Positions 36,527 to 46,155 of a stretch of DNA of 64,000 bases are shown one piece after another. The notes under the pieces are model-generated. The model had not been told where the DNA came from, did no database searches, and saw only the letters and a program-made list of their open reading frames with translations. The stretch lies in contig DFZX01000038.1 in the NCBI GenBank assembly GCA_002383695.1, forward strand, positions 23,054-87,053, given 5' to 3'. This DNA comes from Bacillales bacterium UBA4045. GTDB taxonomy: Bacteria; Bacillota; Bacilli; Paenibacillales; UBA4045. The position numbers were made by a program, and so were the translations under genes. The stretch's first letter is position 1, and every line of letters starts with the position of its first letter.

Positions 36527-37622
36527 ACGTAATAGGGAGTATCCAGAAGCATTAGGTCCGAACATTGATCTCTTATTGCAGCAATTAGATTTGAACATGG
36601 ATGAATCCCCGTTTCGTAATCAATTAGCACAATCCTTACGACAATTGCTTGAATTAAAATTCGCACTAGATGAATCTTCGATCGTAGCAGTGACAGACAG
36701 TCGAGGACAGATCCAATATGTGAATGAACGATTTTGTGAAATATCCAAGTATACCAAGGAAGAGTTAATTGGCAAGGATCATCGAATTATAAACTCAGGA
36801 TATCACGATCGTGCTTTCATGGAGCATTTATGGAAGACGATCAGCTTGGGACAGGTATGGAAGGGTGATATTAAGAATAAGGCTAAGGATGGCTCGTATT
36901 ATTGGGTGAATACCACGATAGTGCCATTCCTTGATGAATTCAAACGCCCAGTTCAGTATTTCGCTATACGTAATGAAGTAACTCAGCTCAAGAGGGTTGA
37001 AGAAGAGCTTAAACAAATGATGAAACAGGTTATGCTCATCCAAGAGGATGAACGTAAACGATTTTCCAGAGAGCTTCATGATGGGATTGGTCAGAGCTTA
37101 TATTCGTTAGTTATTCAATTGGACCGTGTCATTGCTGATCATGGCTCGAAGGAATTAGATGAGATTAGACGAAATGTAGCTTTTATTATCGAGGATGTTC
37201 GCGGACTTGCGTGGGAGCTTCGGCCGTCCGTATTAGATGACCTTGGTATTATTCCAGCTATTCGTACCTTTCTTGATAATTATTCGGAGCATAGTGGGAT
37301 CATAGTCCAATTTCAATCAAATCTGAAGGGCCGTTTGCATAGTCATCAAGAAACAGTTATCTATCGTGTCATTCAAGAAGCACTTACTAATATTGGCAAA
37401 TATGCACATGTATCCGTCGCTCAAGTAACTATCATTGAGAACGATGGATTCATAGAGGTTGTAATCGAAGATCAAGGCCAAGGCTTTATTCGAACCCCAC
37501 AGACAAAAGGCGTGGGTTTGTTTAGCATGGAGGAAAGAGTACGAGGTATAGGTGGGAAGCTGATCATACACTCAGCGATCGGACAAGGAACCAAAGTTGA
37601 ATTAACTATGACCAGAATGTGA
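36492..37622 (+). CDS. PAS-domain sensor histidine kinase (HisKA_3 / NarL-partner type)
   Basis: PAS S-box (GKDHRIINSGYH...KDGSYYWVNTTIVP), H-box ERKRFSRELHDGIGQ, and an HATPase_c domain (DQGQGF, GVGLFSMEERV). Confidence 0.85.
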   Translation: MRCRKGCLILNERNREYPEALGPNIDLLLQQLDLNMDESPFRNQLAQSLRQLLELKFALDESSIVAVTDSRGQIQYVNERFCEISKYTKEELIGKDHRIINSGYHDRAFMEHLWKTISLGQVWKGDIKNKAKDGSYYWVNTTIVPFLDEFKRPVQYFAIRNEVTQLKRVEEELKQMMKQVMLIQEDERKRFSRELHDGIGQSLYSLVIQLDRVIADHGSKELDEIRRNVAFIIEDVRGLAWELRPSVLDDLGIIPAIRTFLDNYSEHSGIIVQFQSNLKGRLHSHQETVIYRVIQEALTNIGKYAHVSVAQVTIIENDGFIEVVIEDQGQGFIRTPQTKGVGLFSMEERVRGIGGKLIIHSAIGQGTKVELTMTRM

Positions 37623-37713
37623 GTGAACTCAGGGTATAAACTTGATATTCCTCAAGAGTCTGTTACTATTATTAAAGAGAATGTTCAATAAGATAAAGGC
37701 GGGTATGATAATA

Positions 37714-39333
37714 ATGATTAGCACTGATCAGATTACATTAAGATATGGTAGTAGAGCATTATTCGAGGATGTTACAATTAAATTTACACCAGAGAATTGT
37801 TACGGCTTAATCGGCGCGAATGGGGCAGGTAAATCAACTTTCCTAAAGATACTTTCAGGAGAAGTTGAAGCATCTAGAGGAACTGTTAATGTTACTCCAG
37901 GAGAGCGTATTGCTGTTCTAAAGCAGAATCAATACGAATATGATGAATTCTCCGTAATTGAGACCGTAATTATGGGGTTTACAAAGCTTTATGCGATCAT
38001 GAAGGAAAAGGAAATGATCTACGCTAAAACTGAATTTAGCGATGAGGATGGCATGCGTGCCGCTGAATTGGAGGGCGACTTTGCTGATTTAAATGGTTGG
38101 GAAGCCGAAGCCGAAGCTGCTGAGCTATTGATAGGTTTAGGTATTCCAAAAGCTTTACATGATCTCAAGATGAAGGATTTAGAAAGCAGTGAGAAGGTTC
38201 GTGTATTATTATCGCAAGCCTTGTTCGGTAATCCACGAATTCTATTATTGGATGAGCCAACGAATCACTTAGATTTAGAGTCAATTGCATGGCTTGAGAA
38301 TTTCTTGGGCAAATACCAAGGCACTGTCATCGTCGTATCCCATGATAGACATTTCCTAAATCAGGTTTGTACGCATATTGCTGATATCGACTTTGGTAAA
38401 ATTCAAATGTATGTAGGAAATTATGACTTCTGGTACGAATCAAGCCAATTCGCACTCGCACTCCAGCGAGATGTGAACAAACGGCAAGAGGAGAAGAAGA
38501 AGGACCTTGAGGATTTCATTCGGAGATTTAGTGCGAATGCTTCTAAATCTAAGCAAGCAACCTCTCGGAAGAAGCTCTTAGAGAAGCTGACGATTGAGGA
38601 TTTGAAGCCTTCTAATCGAAAATATCCATTTATTAACTTTAAATCCGAGCGTGAAGCAGGCAAGCAATTATTATTCATCGACAAAATTACGAAGACCATA
38701 GATGGTGAAGCCATACTGAAGGACTTCACGTTGACCATTAACAAAGGAGATAAAATTGCCTTTGTAGGAACAGATGGATTAGCTAAATCAACATTATTCC
38801 AAATATTAACCGGAGAGGTCGAAGCAGACTCTGGTAGCTTTTCATGGGGAGTAACCACAACTCATGCTTATTTCCCTAAGGATAATACCGAATATTTTCA
38901 GTCCGATGTTATCCTTCTTGATTGGCTTCGACAATTTTCTAAGGATCCAGACGAATCATTCATTCGTGGATTTTTAGGAAGAATGTTATTTTCCGGTGAA
39001 GAAGCTTTGAAGAAAATTAATGTATTATCAGGTGGTGAACGAGTTCGTTGTATGTTAGCACGAATGATGCTGCTATCGCCTAACGTGCTTCTCTTGGATG
39101 AACCAACGAACCATCTGGACTTAGAATCGATTACTGCGCTTAATAACGGATTAATTTCTTTCGATGGTACAATTTTATTCACCTCTCACGATCATCAATT
39201 CGTACAAACCGTTGCTAATCGTATTATCGAGATTGCACCTGGTGGGATTATGGATAAAGTAACAACCTTTGACGAATATATTACGAATGAAGACGTGAAG
39301 AAATTCAGAAGCACGGCTTATCCGAAAAAGTAG
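37714..39333 (+). CDS. ABC-F family ATPase (YkpA-like size, 540 aa)
   Basis: Two NBDs (GANGAGKST; degenerate GTDGLAKST) and two LSGGE/SSEK signatures. Start trimmed to ATG 37714 (MISTDQITLRYG). Confidence 0.85.
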   Translation: MISTDQITLRYGSRALFEDVTIKFTPENCYGLIGANGAGKSTFLKILSGEVEASRGTVNVTPGERIAVLKQNQYEYDEFSVIETVIMGFTKLYAIMKEKEMIYAKTEFSDEDGMRAAELEGDFADLNGWEAEAEAAELLIGLGIPKALHDLKMKDLESSEKVRVLLSQALFGNPRILLLDEPTNHLDLESIAWLENFLGKYQGTVIVVSHDRHFLNQVCTHIADIDFGKIQMYVGNYDFWYESSQFALALQRDVNKRQEEKKKDLEDFIRRFSANASKSKQATSRKKLLEKLTIEDLKPSNRKYPFINFKSEREAGKQLLFIDKITKTIDGEAILKDFTLTINKGDKIAFVGTDGLAKSTLFQILTGEVEADSGSFSWGVTTTHAYFPKDNTEYFQSDVILLDWLRQFSKDPDESFIRGFLGRMLFSGEEALKKINVLSGGERVRCMLARMMLLSPNVLLLDEPTNHLDLESITALNNGLISFDGTILFTSHDHQFVQTVANRIIEIAPGGIMDKVTTFDEYITNEDVKKFRSTAYPKK

Positions 39334-39404
39334 CTTTAACTTCATACAACTGTAGTAATCATATTTAAGTGATAAGACACCTATGTGAGAGGGGCTTGTC
39401 GTGA

Positions 39405-40856
39405 GTGTTTACAACAGATAATGCAATTTTTTTGTTTGCTATCCTCCTCATTATTGGTGTGCTTGCGACAAAGTTTTCTACCCGATTAGGGCTGCCTGCA
39501 CTAGTATTTTTTATTATTGTCGGTATGGTTCTTGGCAATTTTATATATTATGATAATGCGTCCTTAACTCAATTGTTTGGTATTCTTGCTCTTATCGTGA
39601 TCCTTTTCGAAGGAGGAATGCAAACCAAGTGGAAGCAGGTTAAGCCTGTTGTGGGCTCAGCATTATCGCTTGCAACGCTTGGGGTTATTCTTACCTCATC
39701 TATTGTTGGTATTAGTGCAACCTATATTCTTGGTGTCAGCTGGCAGGAGGGTATGTTATTCGGTGCGATTGTAGGTTCTACTGATGCAGCTGCTGTATTC
39801 GCTGTGATTGGGAATATGAATCTTCGCAAGCGGATAACGACAACCTTAGAAGCTGAATCGGGAACGAATGATCCGATGGCTGTATTCTTGACCATCGCCC
39901 TTATTCAGATCATCCAAACTCCTGACTTTAGCTTATGGGTCTTGATAGGCTCATTTTTGTGGCAAATGGCATTTGGTTTGATTATGGGGCTATTGATGGG
40001 TAAATTGTGTGTTTGGAGCATTAATAAGATTAATCTCGATTCCTCAGGCTTATATCCAGTTCTAGCAATGGCATTTGCCATTGCTAGTTATAGTACAACA
40101 GCTTTACTCCATGGAAGTGGACTCTTAGCCGTTTATGTTATGGCTATTATTCTAGGTAATTCGGAATTAACTTATCGTCATTCTATATTTCGTTTTAATG
40201 AAGGTTTTGCTTGGATGATGCAGATTCTCATGTTCATACTATTGGGTCTGCTAGTTTTCCCGAGTCAATTATTAGAGATAACATGGCAAGGAATTGTATT
40301 ATCGATCATACTAATGTTCATTGCTCGACCCATAGGTACTTATTTGAGCATGTTATTCTCTCCTTATTCACTAAAAGAGAAAACCTTTATATCATGGGCA
40401 GGGCTAAGAGGTGCAGTTCCCATTGTATTGGCCACATATCCGATGATGGCTGGTTTAGAGAATAGTCAATTGATTTTTAATATCGTTTTCTTCGTAGTAT
40501 TATCCTCTGCGCTCTTACAGGGAGCTACAATTTTACCATTAGCTAATAAATTGGGACTGTCTGGTGGTACGAAAATCAATACCCCACATAGTTTAGAGTT
40601 AGTTTCTATAGGGAAGACAAATTCTGAAATGATAGAAGTCGAAGTAGAGAATGGAAGTCTAATTGCCAATAAAGAAGTTCGTTTGTTGGGCTTCCCAGAA
40701 GACACATTGATTACTGCTGTTATTCGCGGAGAAAAACTGATCACACCAAAAGGAAGCACAATTCTTCAATATGGTGATATACTTTACATAATGATTTCTA
40801 AAGCTAAGCGCGAAGAAATTTTGAAGTTTGTATCAAACCCAACTATCGAGGATTAG
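39405..40856 (+). CDS. CPA1-family K+(Na+)/H+ antiporter with C-terminal TrkA-C domain
   Basis: A transporter core of roughly 11-12 TMs (ESGTNDPMAVF) and a C-terminal RCK_C-like segment (VENGSLIANKEVRLLGFPEDTLITAVIRGEKLITPKG). Confidence 0.8.
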   Translation: MFTTDNAIFLFAILLIIGVLATKFSTRLGLPALVFFIIVGMVLGNFIYYDNASLTQLFGILALIVILFEGGMQTKWKQVKPVVGSALSLATLGVILTSSIVGISATYILGVSWQEGMLFGAIVGSTDAAAVFAVIGNMNLRKRITTTLEAESGTNDPMAVFLTIALIQIIQTPDFSLWVLIGSFLWQMAFGLIMGLLMGKLCVWSINKINLDSSGLYPVLAMAFAIASYSTTALLHGSGLLAVYVMAIILGNSELTYRHSIFRFNEGFAWMMQILMFILLGLLVFPSQLLEITWQGIVLSIILMFIARPIGTYLSMLFSPYSLKEKTFISWAGLRGAVPIVLATYPMMAGLENSQLIFNIVFFVVLSSALLQGATILPLANKLGLSGGTKINTPHSLELVSIGKTNSEMIEVEVENGSLIANKEVRLLGFPEDTLITAVIRGEKLITPKGSTILQYGDILYIMISKAKREEILKFVSNPTIED

Positions 40857-40870
40857 AAGGACCCAATAAA

Positions 40871-41773
40871 GTGGGAGGATGTAGTATGATAGCACAAACT
40901 GACCAACCTCAAATCGTTCATTTAAAAATAACAAAAGCAAAATTAATTAAAAAAGCTATATTTATTTTTATCGGCGCAGCTTTAATGGCGGTTGGGTTGG
41001 AGATATTCCTAGTACCGAACAACATTATTGATGGTGGTATCGTTGGAATATCCATTTACACTTCTTATTTTACTGACTTACCTTTAGGCATTTTTTTAGT
41101 TATTCTTAATATACCGTTCTTATATCTAGGTTATAAGCAGATTGGCAAGACCTTTGCCTTTTCTACATTATATGCTGTAATTATCATGGCAATAGGAACA
41201 TATCTGTTACACCCTGTGGATCCGCTCACAATTGATCCCTTATTAGCAGCTGTATTCGGGGGTATCATATTAGGTATTGGTGTAGGTATTGTTATCCGCT
41301 TTGGCGGTTCATTAGATGGCACTGAAATTGTGGCGATTCTTCTGAATAAGACAACACCATTCTCGGTTGGCGAAGTAGTCATGTTCTTCAACTTCTTCAT
41401 ACTAGGAAGTGCTGGCTTCGTATTCGGATGGGATAGAGCGATGTATTCATTAATTGCTTACTTCATTGCTTTTAAGATGATTGATATTGCGATTGAAGGC
41501 TTTGATGAGTCGAAATCAGTGTGGATTATTAGTGAGAAGAGTCAGGATATCGGAGATGCACTAGTGAGTCGATTGGGTAGGGGTGTCACTTATTTGCATG
41601 GTGAAGGTGGGTTTACAGGAGGACAGAAACGAGTCATATTCTGTGTCATTACACGAATTGAAGAGGCAAAGCTGAAAACCATTGTTGAAGAACTAGATCC
41701 AGTTGCTTTCCTTGCGATAGGTAACATTCATGATGTAAAGGGTGGCAGATTTAAGAAGAAGGATATTCACTAA
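40871..41773 (+). CDS. YitT-family membrane protein (with DUF2179 C-terminal domain)
   Basis: Polytopic N-terminal region (NIIDGGIVGIS, GGSLDGTEI) and a soluble C-terminal domain (GVTYLHGEGGFTG...VITRIE). Confidence 0.8.
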   Translation: MGGCSMIAQTDQPQIVHLKITKAKLIKKAIFIFIGAALMAVGLEIFLVPNNIIDGGIVGISIYTSYFTDLPLGIFLVILNIPFLYLGYKQIGKTFAFSTLYAVIIMAIGTYLLHPVDPLTIDPLLAAVFGGIILGIGVGIVIRFGGSLDGTEIVAILLNKTTPFSVGEVVMFFNFFILGSAGFVFGWDRAMYSLIAYFIAFKMIDIAIEGFDESKSVWIISEKSQDIGDALVSRLGRGVTYLHGEGGFTGGQKRVIFCVITRIEEAKLKTIVEELDPVAFLAIGNIHDVKGGRFKKKDIH

Positions 41774-41831
41774 AAAGAGTGTTCAAGATCATGTAACGTA
41801 TTAAACAACTTTATTAATTAGGAAGGGAAAT

Positions 41832-42143
41832 ATGGAGATGAACCTATCGATATTGAAAGCAAAGATGTTATATGAAAAAGATTCCGGTTATACGGGTCAG
41901 GTTGAATTTGCAGTTGAAGGACATAAGAGTCCTTATGAATTAACGATGCATAGCAGCAAGGGTAATGAGTGGAGCTATGGCCTTCATTTCTTAGGAGAAC
42001 CAGGAAAAGAAGAAGAAATTTTTGCTGTAGAGGAATTTATCGAGGATAATGACGAAAGCTTCGACCAATTAATCGAGGCTGCAAGAAGTCAATGCGAGAA
42101 TGATCCAAGAGCAGGCAGTGAGAATCTAACGCAGTTATATTAG
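41832..42143 (+). CDS. Small acidic hypothetical protein
   Basis: ORF with an AGGAAGGGA RBS. No family recognised. Confidence 0.45.
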   Translation: MEMNLSILKAKMLYEKDSGYTGQVEFAVEGHKSPYELTMHSSKGNEWSYGLHFLGEPGKEEEIFAVEEFIEDNDESFDQLIEAARSQCENDPRAGSENLTQLY

Positions 42144-42162
42144 AACCCTAGTTAAAAAAGTA

Positions 42163-42195
42163 AAAGGTCTCCTAATTGTAGGGAGACCTTATTTG
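42163..42195. terminator. Bidirectional intrinsic terminator between convergent genes
   Basis: aaaggtctcc / ggagacctt stem, flanked by an A-run upstream and T-rich sequence downstream. Confidence 0.7.
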
Positions 42196-42209
42196 TAATT
42201 CACTTATAG

Positions 42210-44156
42210 TTATTTTGCTTTTTCCTGTTCGATTTCCTCGGCAAGCTCTGTTAGGTACGTCCAGCGCTCCATCAGCATATCAAGCTTTGCCACTACGGCA
42301 AGCTGTTGATGAGTAAGAATTTGTAGCTGTTCATAATCAGCTCCCACTTGATTGATCGATTCGTTCAAGTTTTCTAGCTCTTGCTCGACTTCGGCAATGT
42401 TCTGATCGATTTGCTCATATTCCTGCTGCTCCTTGAAGGAAAATTTAAGGTTTTTTCGTTTTTTCTGATCAACCTCAGGAACGAATGCTTGTGATGAGGT
42501 TGAATTGGATTTATTAGAATTTTCCTTGATATCAGACTCAGCTTTTAATTCTCTGAGCTTTAGTACTTCTAAGTATTCGGAATAGTTACCCACATGATGT
42601 TGAATTTTGCCATCTCCCTCATAGGAGAGTATGGTCTCCGCCATGCGGTCTAAGAAATACCGATCATGAGAAACAGCAATAACAGCTCCTGGAAAGTCTT
42701 CTAGGTAAGCTTCAAGAATAGCTAGCGTCTGAATATCAAGATCATTCGTTGGCTCATCCAAGAGCAATATATTAGGTGAATCCATAAGAATTCTTAATAA
42801 GAACAAACGACGCTGCTCTCCCCCTGATAGCTTGGATATCGGACTCCATTGTACATCTGGAGGGAAGAGGAATAGTTCAAGCATCTGTGAAGCACTAATC
42901 AATGAGCCATCCGCAGTTCGAACGTGGTGAGCCGCTTCCTTAATATATTCAATTGCTCGCAATGTGGGATTCATCTCACCGCTTTCTTGTGAGAAGAATC
43001 CAATCTTCACCGTTGTTCCTGTTTCGATCTTACCCTCATCAGGCTCTAATAATCCAACTATCATATGAAGAAGGCTAGATTTCCCACTCCCATTAGGTCC
43101 AATTATTCCTATTCGATCATTCTTCTGGACAATGTAAGTGAAGTCCTTGACTAAGGTTTTATCGCCGAACTGTTTACTTACAAGATTAAGCTCGATCACT
43201 TTCTTACCCAGGCGACTTCCTGCTAAATTCATGTCGATATCACTATTGATAAGGGTTGGTTTGGCTGATTGAATGCTCTCAAAGCGATCAATACGTGCTT
43301 TCTGCTTTGTAGAGCGTGCTTTGGCACCACGTCGCATCCATGCGAGCTCATTGCGGAATAAATTCTGACGTTTGTCCTCTGTGGCTTGCTGTCGCTCAAT
43401 TCTTTCCGTTCTTTTATCAAGAAAGTAAGTATAGTTACCACTATAATCATAAAGATTTGCTTGATCTAACTCAAGAATTCGATTAGATACCCGATCTAAG
43501 AAGTAACGGTCATGCGTTATCATTAGCAATGCATGATTTGTTCTGGAGAGATGCAGCTCGAGCCATTCGACAGCCTGAGTGTCTAGATGGTTAGTAGGCT
43601 CATCGAGGATCAGTAAATCAGCTTGACGGATTAGGACACCCGCTAATAGAACACGTTTCCTCTGTCCTCCTGATAAATCACCCATTCGTGCATGATATTC
43701 GTCTATCCCTAGCTTCGATAAGATACGTTTTGCTTCAGACTCTAATTGCCAAGCATCAGCAATATCCATTTGAGCGCTGACATTATGCAGCTGTTGCTGC
43801 AATTGGAGATTATCAGGCTGGGCTGAGAGTAATAATAATGCATGCTCGTATTCATGCATGAGCTTCATTACTGCTGAATTTCCCTGGAAAATCTGCTCAA
43901 GTATCGTGGCATTCGAATCAAAAGGTGGATTTTGGGCTAGATATTCAATGTGCATACCATTCATCATGGTAACATTGCCTTGGTCAGCTGGTTCCAATCC
44001 AGCGATCACTTTAAGTAATGTTGATTTTCCTGTCCCATTGATGCCAATCAATCCGATTCTGTCACCACTAGACATACCGAATGAAATTTTATCGAACAAT
44101 TGTTTAATTCCGAAGCTCTTACTAAGCTGTTCAACATTCATTATATTCATAAACAA
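42210..44156 (-). CDS. ABC-F family ATPase, Uup/YfmR-like with C-terminal coiled coil
   Basis: Two NBDs (GINGTGKST, GPNGSGKSS), LSGGQRKR / LSGGEQRR signatures, and a long acidic coiled-coil tail. Confidence 0.85.
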   Translation of the reverse strand: MFMNIMNVEQLSKSFGIKQLFDKISFGMSSGDRIGLIGINGTGKSTLLKVIAGLEPADQGNVTMMNGMHIEYLAQNPPFDSNATILEQIFQGNSAVMKLMHEYEHALLLLSAQPDNLQLQQQLHNVSAQMDIADAWQLESEAKRILSKLGIDEYHARMGDLSGGQRKRVLLAGVLIRQADLLILDEPTNHLDTQAVEWLELHLSRTNHALLMITHDRYFLDRVSNRILELDQANLYDYSGNYTYFLDKRTERIERQQATEDKRQNLFRNELAWMRRGAKARSTKQKARIDRFESIQSAKPTLINSDIDMNLAGSRLGKKVIELNLVSKQFGDKTLVKDFTYIVQKNDRIGIIGPNGSGKSSLLHMIVGLLEPDEGKIETGTTVKIGFFSQESGEMNPTLRAIEYIKEAAHHVRTADGSLISASQMLELFLFPPDVQWSPISKLSGGEQRRLFLLRILMDSPNILLLDEPTNDLDIQTLAILEAYLEDFPGAVIAVSHDRYFLDRMAETILSYEGDGKIQHHVGNYSEYLEVLKLRELKAESDIKENSNKSNSTSSQAFVPEVDQKKRKNLKFSFKEQQEYEQIDQNIAEVEQELENLNESINQVGADYEQLQILTHQQLAVVAKLDMLMERWTYLTELAEEIEQEKAK

Positions 44157-44303
44157 TGGATTCTCCTACATAATTTATAGTTAATAATCTTGTTCAATAA
44201 TGCTAAGCATAGCATATGAAGGTGGTGAACGTAATAGCTTACAACTATTGACCATGGAATCGTTGTCATTTATGATGAACATAGGGATGAATGGAGGTTA
44301 ACA

Positions 44304-45452
44304 TTGAAGCTAAGATTTGTAGTTAGTTTATTGATTATTCTTGTGCTCTACACCATGATTAATTATTATATTGGATGGCACGGCTGGCGATACTTAGCCG
44401 ATTATCTCGATTTCCCATACCCGATTATATATTGGACTGGTTTCTGGTTCATTGCTTTAAGCTACATAATTGCACGAATGGGGTCAGCGCTTATTCCATA
44501 CCGTCTTTCGAGCTTTATGAGACTTATTGGTTCATATTGGTTTGCGATCATGGTGTATGCTTTCCTGCTGATTCTCATTGCTGATGCCGGTAATTGGATG
44601 CTTGGCTGGACTTCATTCGAGCCTATACATTATCAGTTCTTCACAAGCAGTGCGGTTATCATGGGTGTGATAGTTATATGTATACGTGGTGCTTGGAATG
44701 CCTGGAATCCCATCATTCGTAAGTATGATATTCAATTGAACAAACTAGCTGATCGTGAAGAGCCGTTTCGAATTGCCGTTGTTTCAGACCTACATCTAGG
44801 TCATATTGTGGACAACAAATACTTGAATATCTTAGTAGATCGTATCAATACGCTGGATGTTGATATTATACTCTTACCTGGAGATGTGATCGACGATAGT
44901 GCTGAGCCTTTTATTCACAAGGGTATGGCTGAAGTTATGAGTGGAATGAAATCTCGATTAGGTATTTATGCCGTTCTAGGAAATCACGAATATTATGGTG
45001 GACAGATCGAAGCTTATGTGAAATCCATGAATGCTCATGGCATGCATGTTCTCATGGACCAATCTGTGCTAGTTGATAATCAAATTCAGATTGTTGGAAG
45101 GAAAGACAGAACAGCTGAGAGTATGGGTTTGAATGGCCGTTTAAGAGTAGAGGAGCTGCTTACCGATCTCAATCCTACTATGCCAATCATTATGATGGAC
45201 CATCAACCACACCAACTAGGAACCATAGCGAATGCTGGTGTAGACGTGTTATTATCAGGGCATACCCATAGGGGACAGATGATGCCATTTCACTGGATAA
45301 CTGGACGGATGTTTGAATTAGATTGGGGTTATCTGAGAAAAGATAATTTTCATGCCATCGTTTCATCTGGGTTTGGAACATGGGGTCCACCTATTCGTTT
45401 AGGAAGTCGGTCGGAGATTGTTGAGCTTACAATTCGTTTTAATCCATCTTAA
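44304..45452 (+). CDS. Membrane-anchored metallophosphoesterase (YkuE/YpbG-like)
   Basis: Four N-terminal TMs followed by DLHLG, GDVID, GNHEY and GHTHRG motifs. Confidence 0.8.
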   Translation: MKLRFVVSLLIILVLYTMINYYIGWHGWRYLADYLDFPYPIIYWTGFWFIALSYIIARMGSALIPYRLSSFMRLIGSYWFAIMVYAFLLILIADAGNWMLGWTSFEPIHYQFFTSSAVIMGVIVICIRGAWNAWNPIIRKYDIQLNKLADREEPFRIAVVSDLHLGHIVDNKYLNILVDRINTLDVDIILLPGDVIDDSAEPFIHKGMAEVMSGMKSRLGIYAVLGNHEYYGGQIEAYVKSMNAHGMHVLMDQSVLVDNQIQIVGRKDRTAESMGLNGRLRVEELLTDLNPTMPIIMMDHQPHQLGTIANAGVDVLLSGHTHRGQMMPFHWITGRMFELDWGYLRKDNFHAIVSSGFGTWGPPIRLGSRSEIVELTIRFNPS

Positions 45453-45472
45453 ATGATAAAGGAGATAACACA

Positions 45473-45778
45473 ATGGAAAAGCAAGCTATACGTCATATGG
45501 TAATTTTTAATTTGAAGGTGAGTAAGGGGTCGCCTGAGGCAGAGAAGTTTCTTGCGGATGGTAAAGCCATTCTAGAAGCTATTCCGGTCGTCAATTCGTT
45601 TGAAGTCCTCTATCAGGTTAGTCCTAAAAATGACTATGATTATGGATTTTCTATGGAATTAAATGACCAAGCTGATTATGATACATACAATGCACATCCC
45701 TCCCATGAGCAATTTGTAAGTGAACGTTGGACGAAGGAAGTTGAGGCTTTTCTAGAAATAGATTTCCGTTGTAGATAG
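45473..45778 (+). CDS. Dabb (stress-responsive alpha/beta barrel) family protein
   Basis: 101 aa, reading HMVIFNLK...YNAHPSHEQF. Confidence 0.8.
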   Translation: MEKQAIRHMVIFNLKVSKGSPEAEKFLADGKAILEAIPVVNSFEVLYQVSPKNDYDYGFSMELNDQADYDTYNAHPSHEQFVSERWTKEVEAFLEIDFRCR

Positions 45779-45797
45779 TTCAGAGTACTGGCTCTAC

Positions 45798-45826
45798 TTG
45801 CATAAATAGTCCCCACATGTTACTAT
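45798..45826 (+). promoter_or_regulatory. SigA-type promoter with extended -10, no CDS for ~430 nt downstream
   Basis: TTGCAT, then a 17-nt spacer ending in TGT, then TACTAT (with an overlapping TATAAT). Confidence 0.45.
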
Positions 45827-45832
45827 AATAGG

Positions 45833-46155
45833 GTTGCTTTTACTTAAACCCTCAAGAAGCACCCTCAACAACAGAAAATCGAATAACAACCCCCCCTGTA
45901 TTGTTTCAAATTCCTAAACTTGTAGTAAAGAATTTGTCACCAGTAATTCCTGATTCACTGGCTCGGTCAAGGAACCGTAAGGACGAAAGAGAGGTAGGGC
46001 TTTCGTTGTGTTAGGTCACAGAATGGTATAACAATGTTGTCAAAGCTTATCATTCAGCCATCTTTGAATGGCTCAATATAATGTGTAACAGGGTAGGTTA
46101 GGGTTAATCGAGCGAAGAGCTATGTGTGAAGTTTACACATAGCTCTTCGCTATAT
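45833..46155 (+). ncRNA. Candidate ~320-nt non-coding transcript or long structured leader (unclassified)
   Basis: Bounded by the promoter above and a perfect 16-bp hairpin at 46112-46150. No ORF of 60 aa or more on either strand. Contains a C7 tract in an aacaa/ttgtt hairpin loop near 45880-45910. Confidence 0.3.
46112..46150 (+). terminator. Perfect 16-bp stem-loop (terminator-like, but followed by an AT-rich tract rather than a pure U-tract)
   Basis: gcgaagagctatgtgt-gaagttt-acacatagctcttcgc. Confidence 0.5.

Noticed and set aside
36492-37622. Calling the PAS kinase NreB (oxygen-sensing Fe-S kinase)
   Set aside because: The PAS domain contains one Cys rather than the four-Cys cluster required for the NreB [4Fe-4S] centre. 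It is kept as a generic PAS/HisKA_3 kinase.
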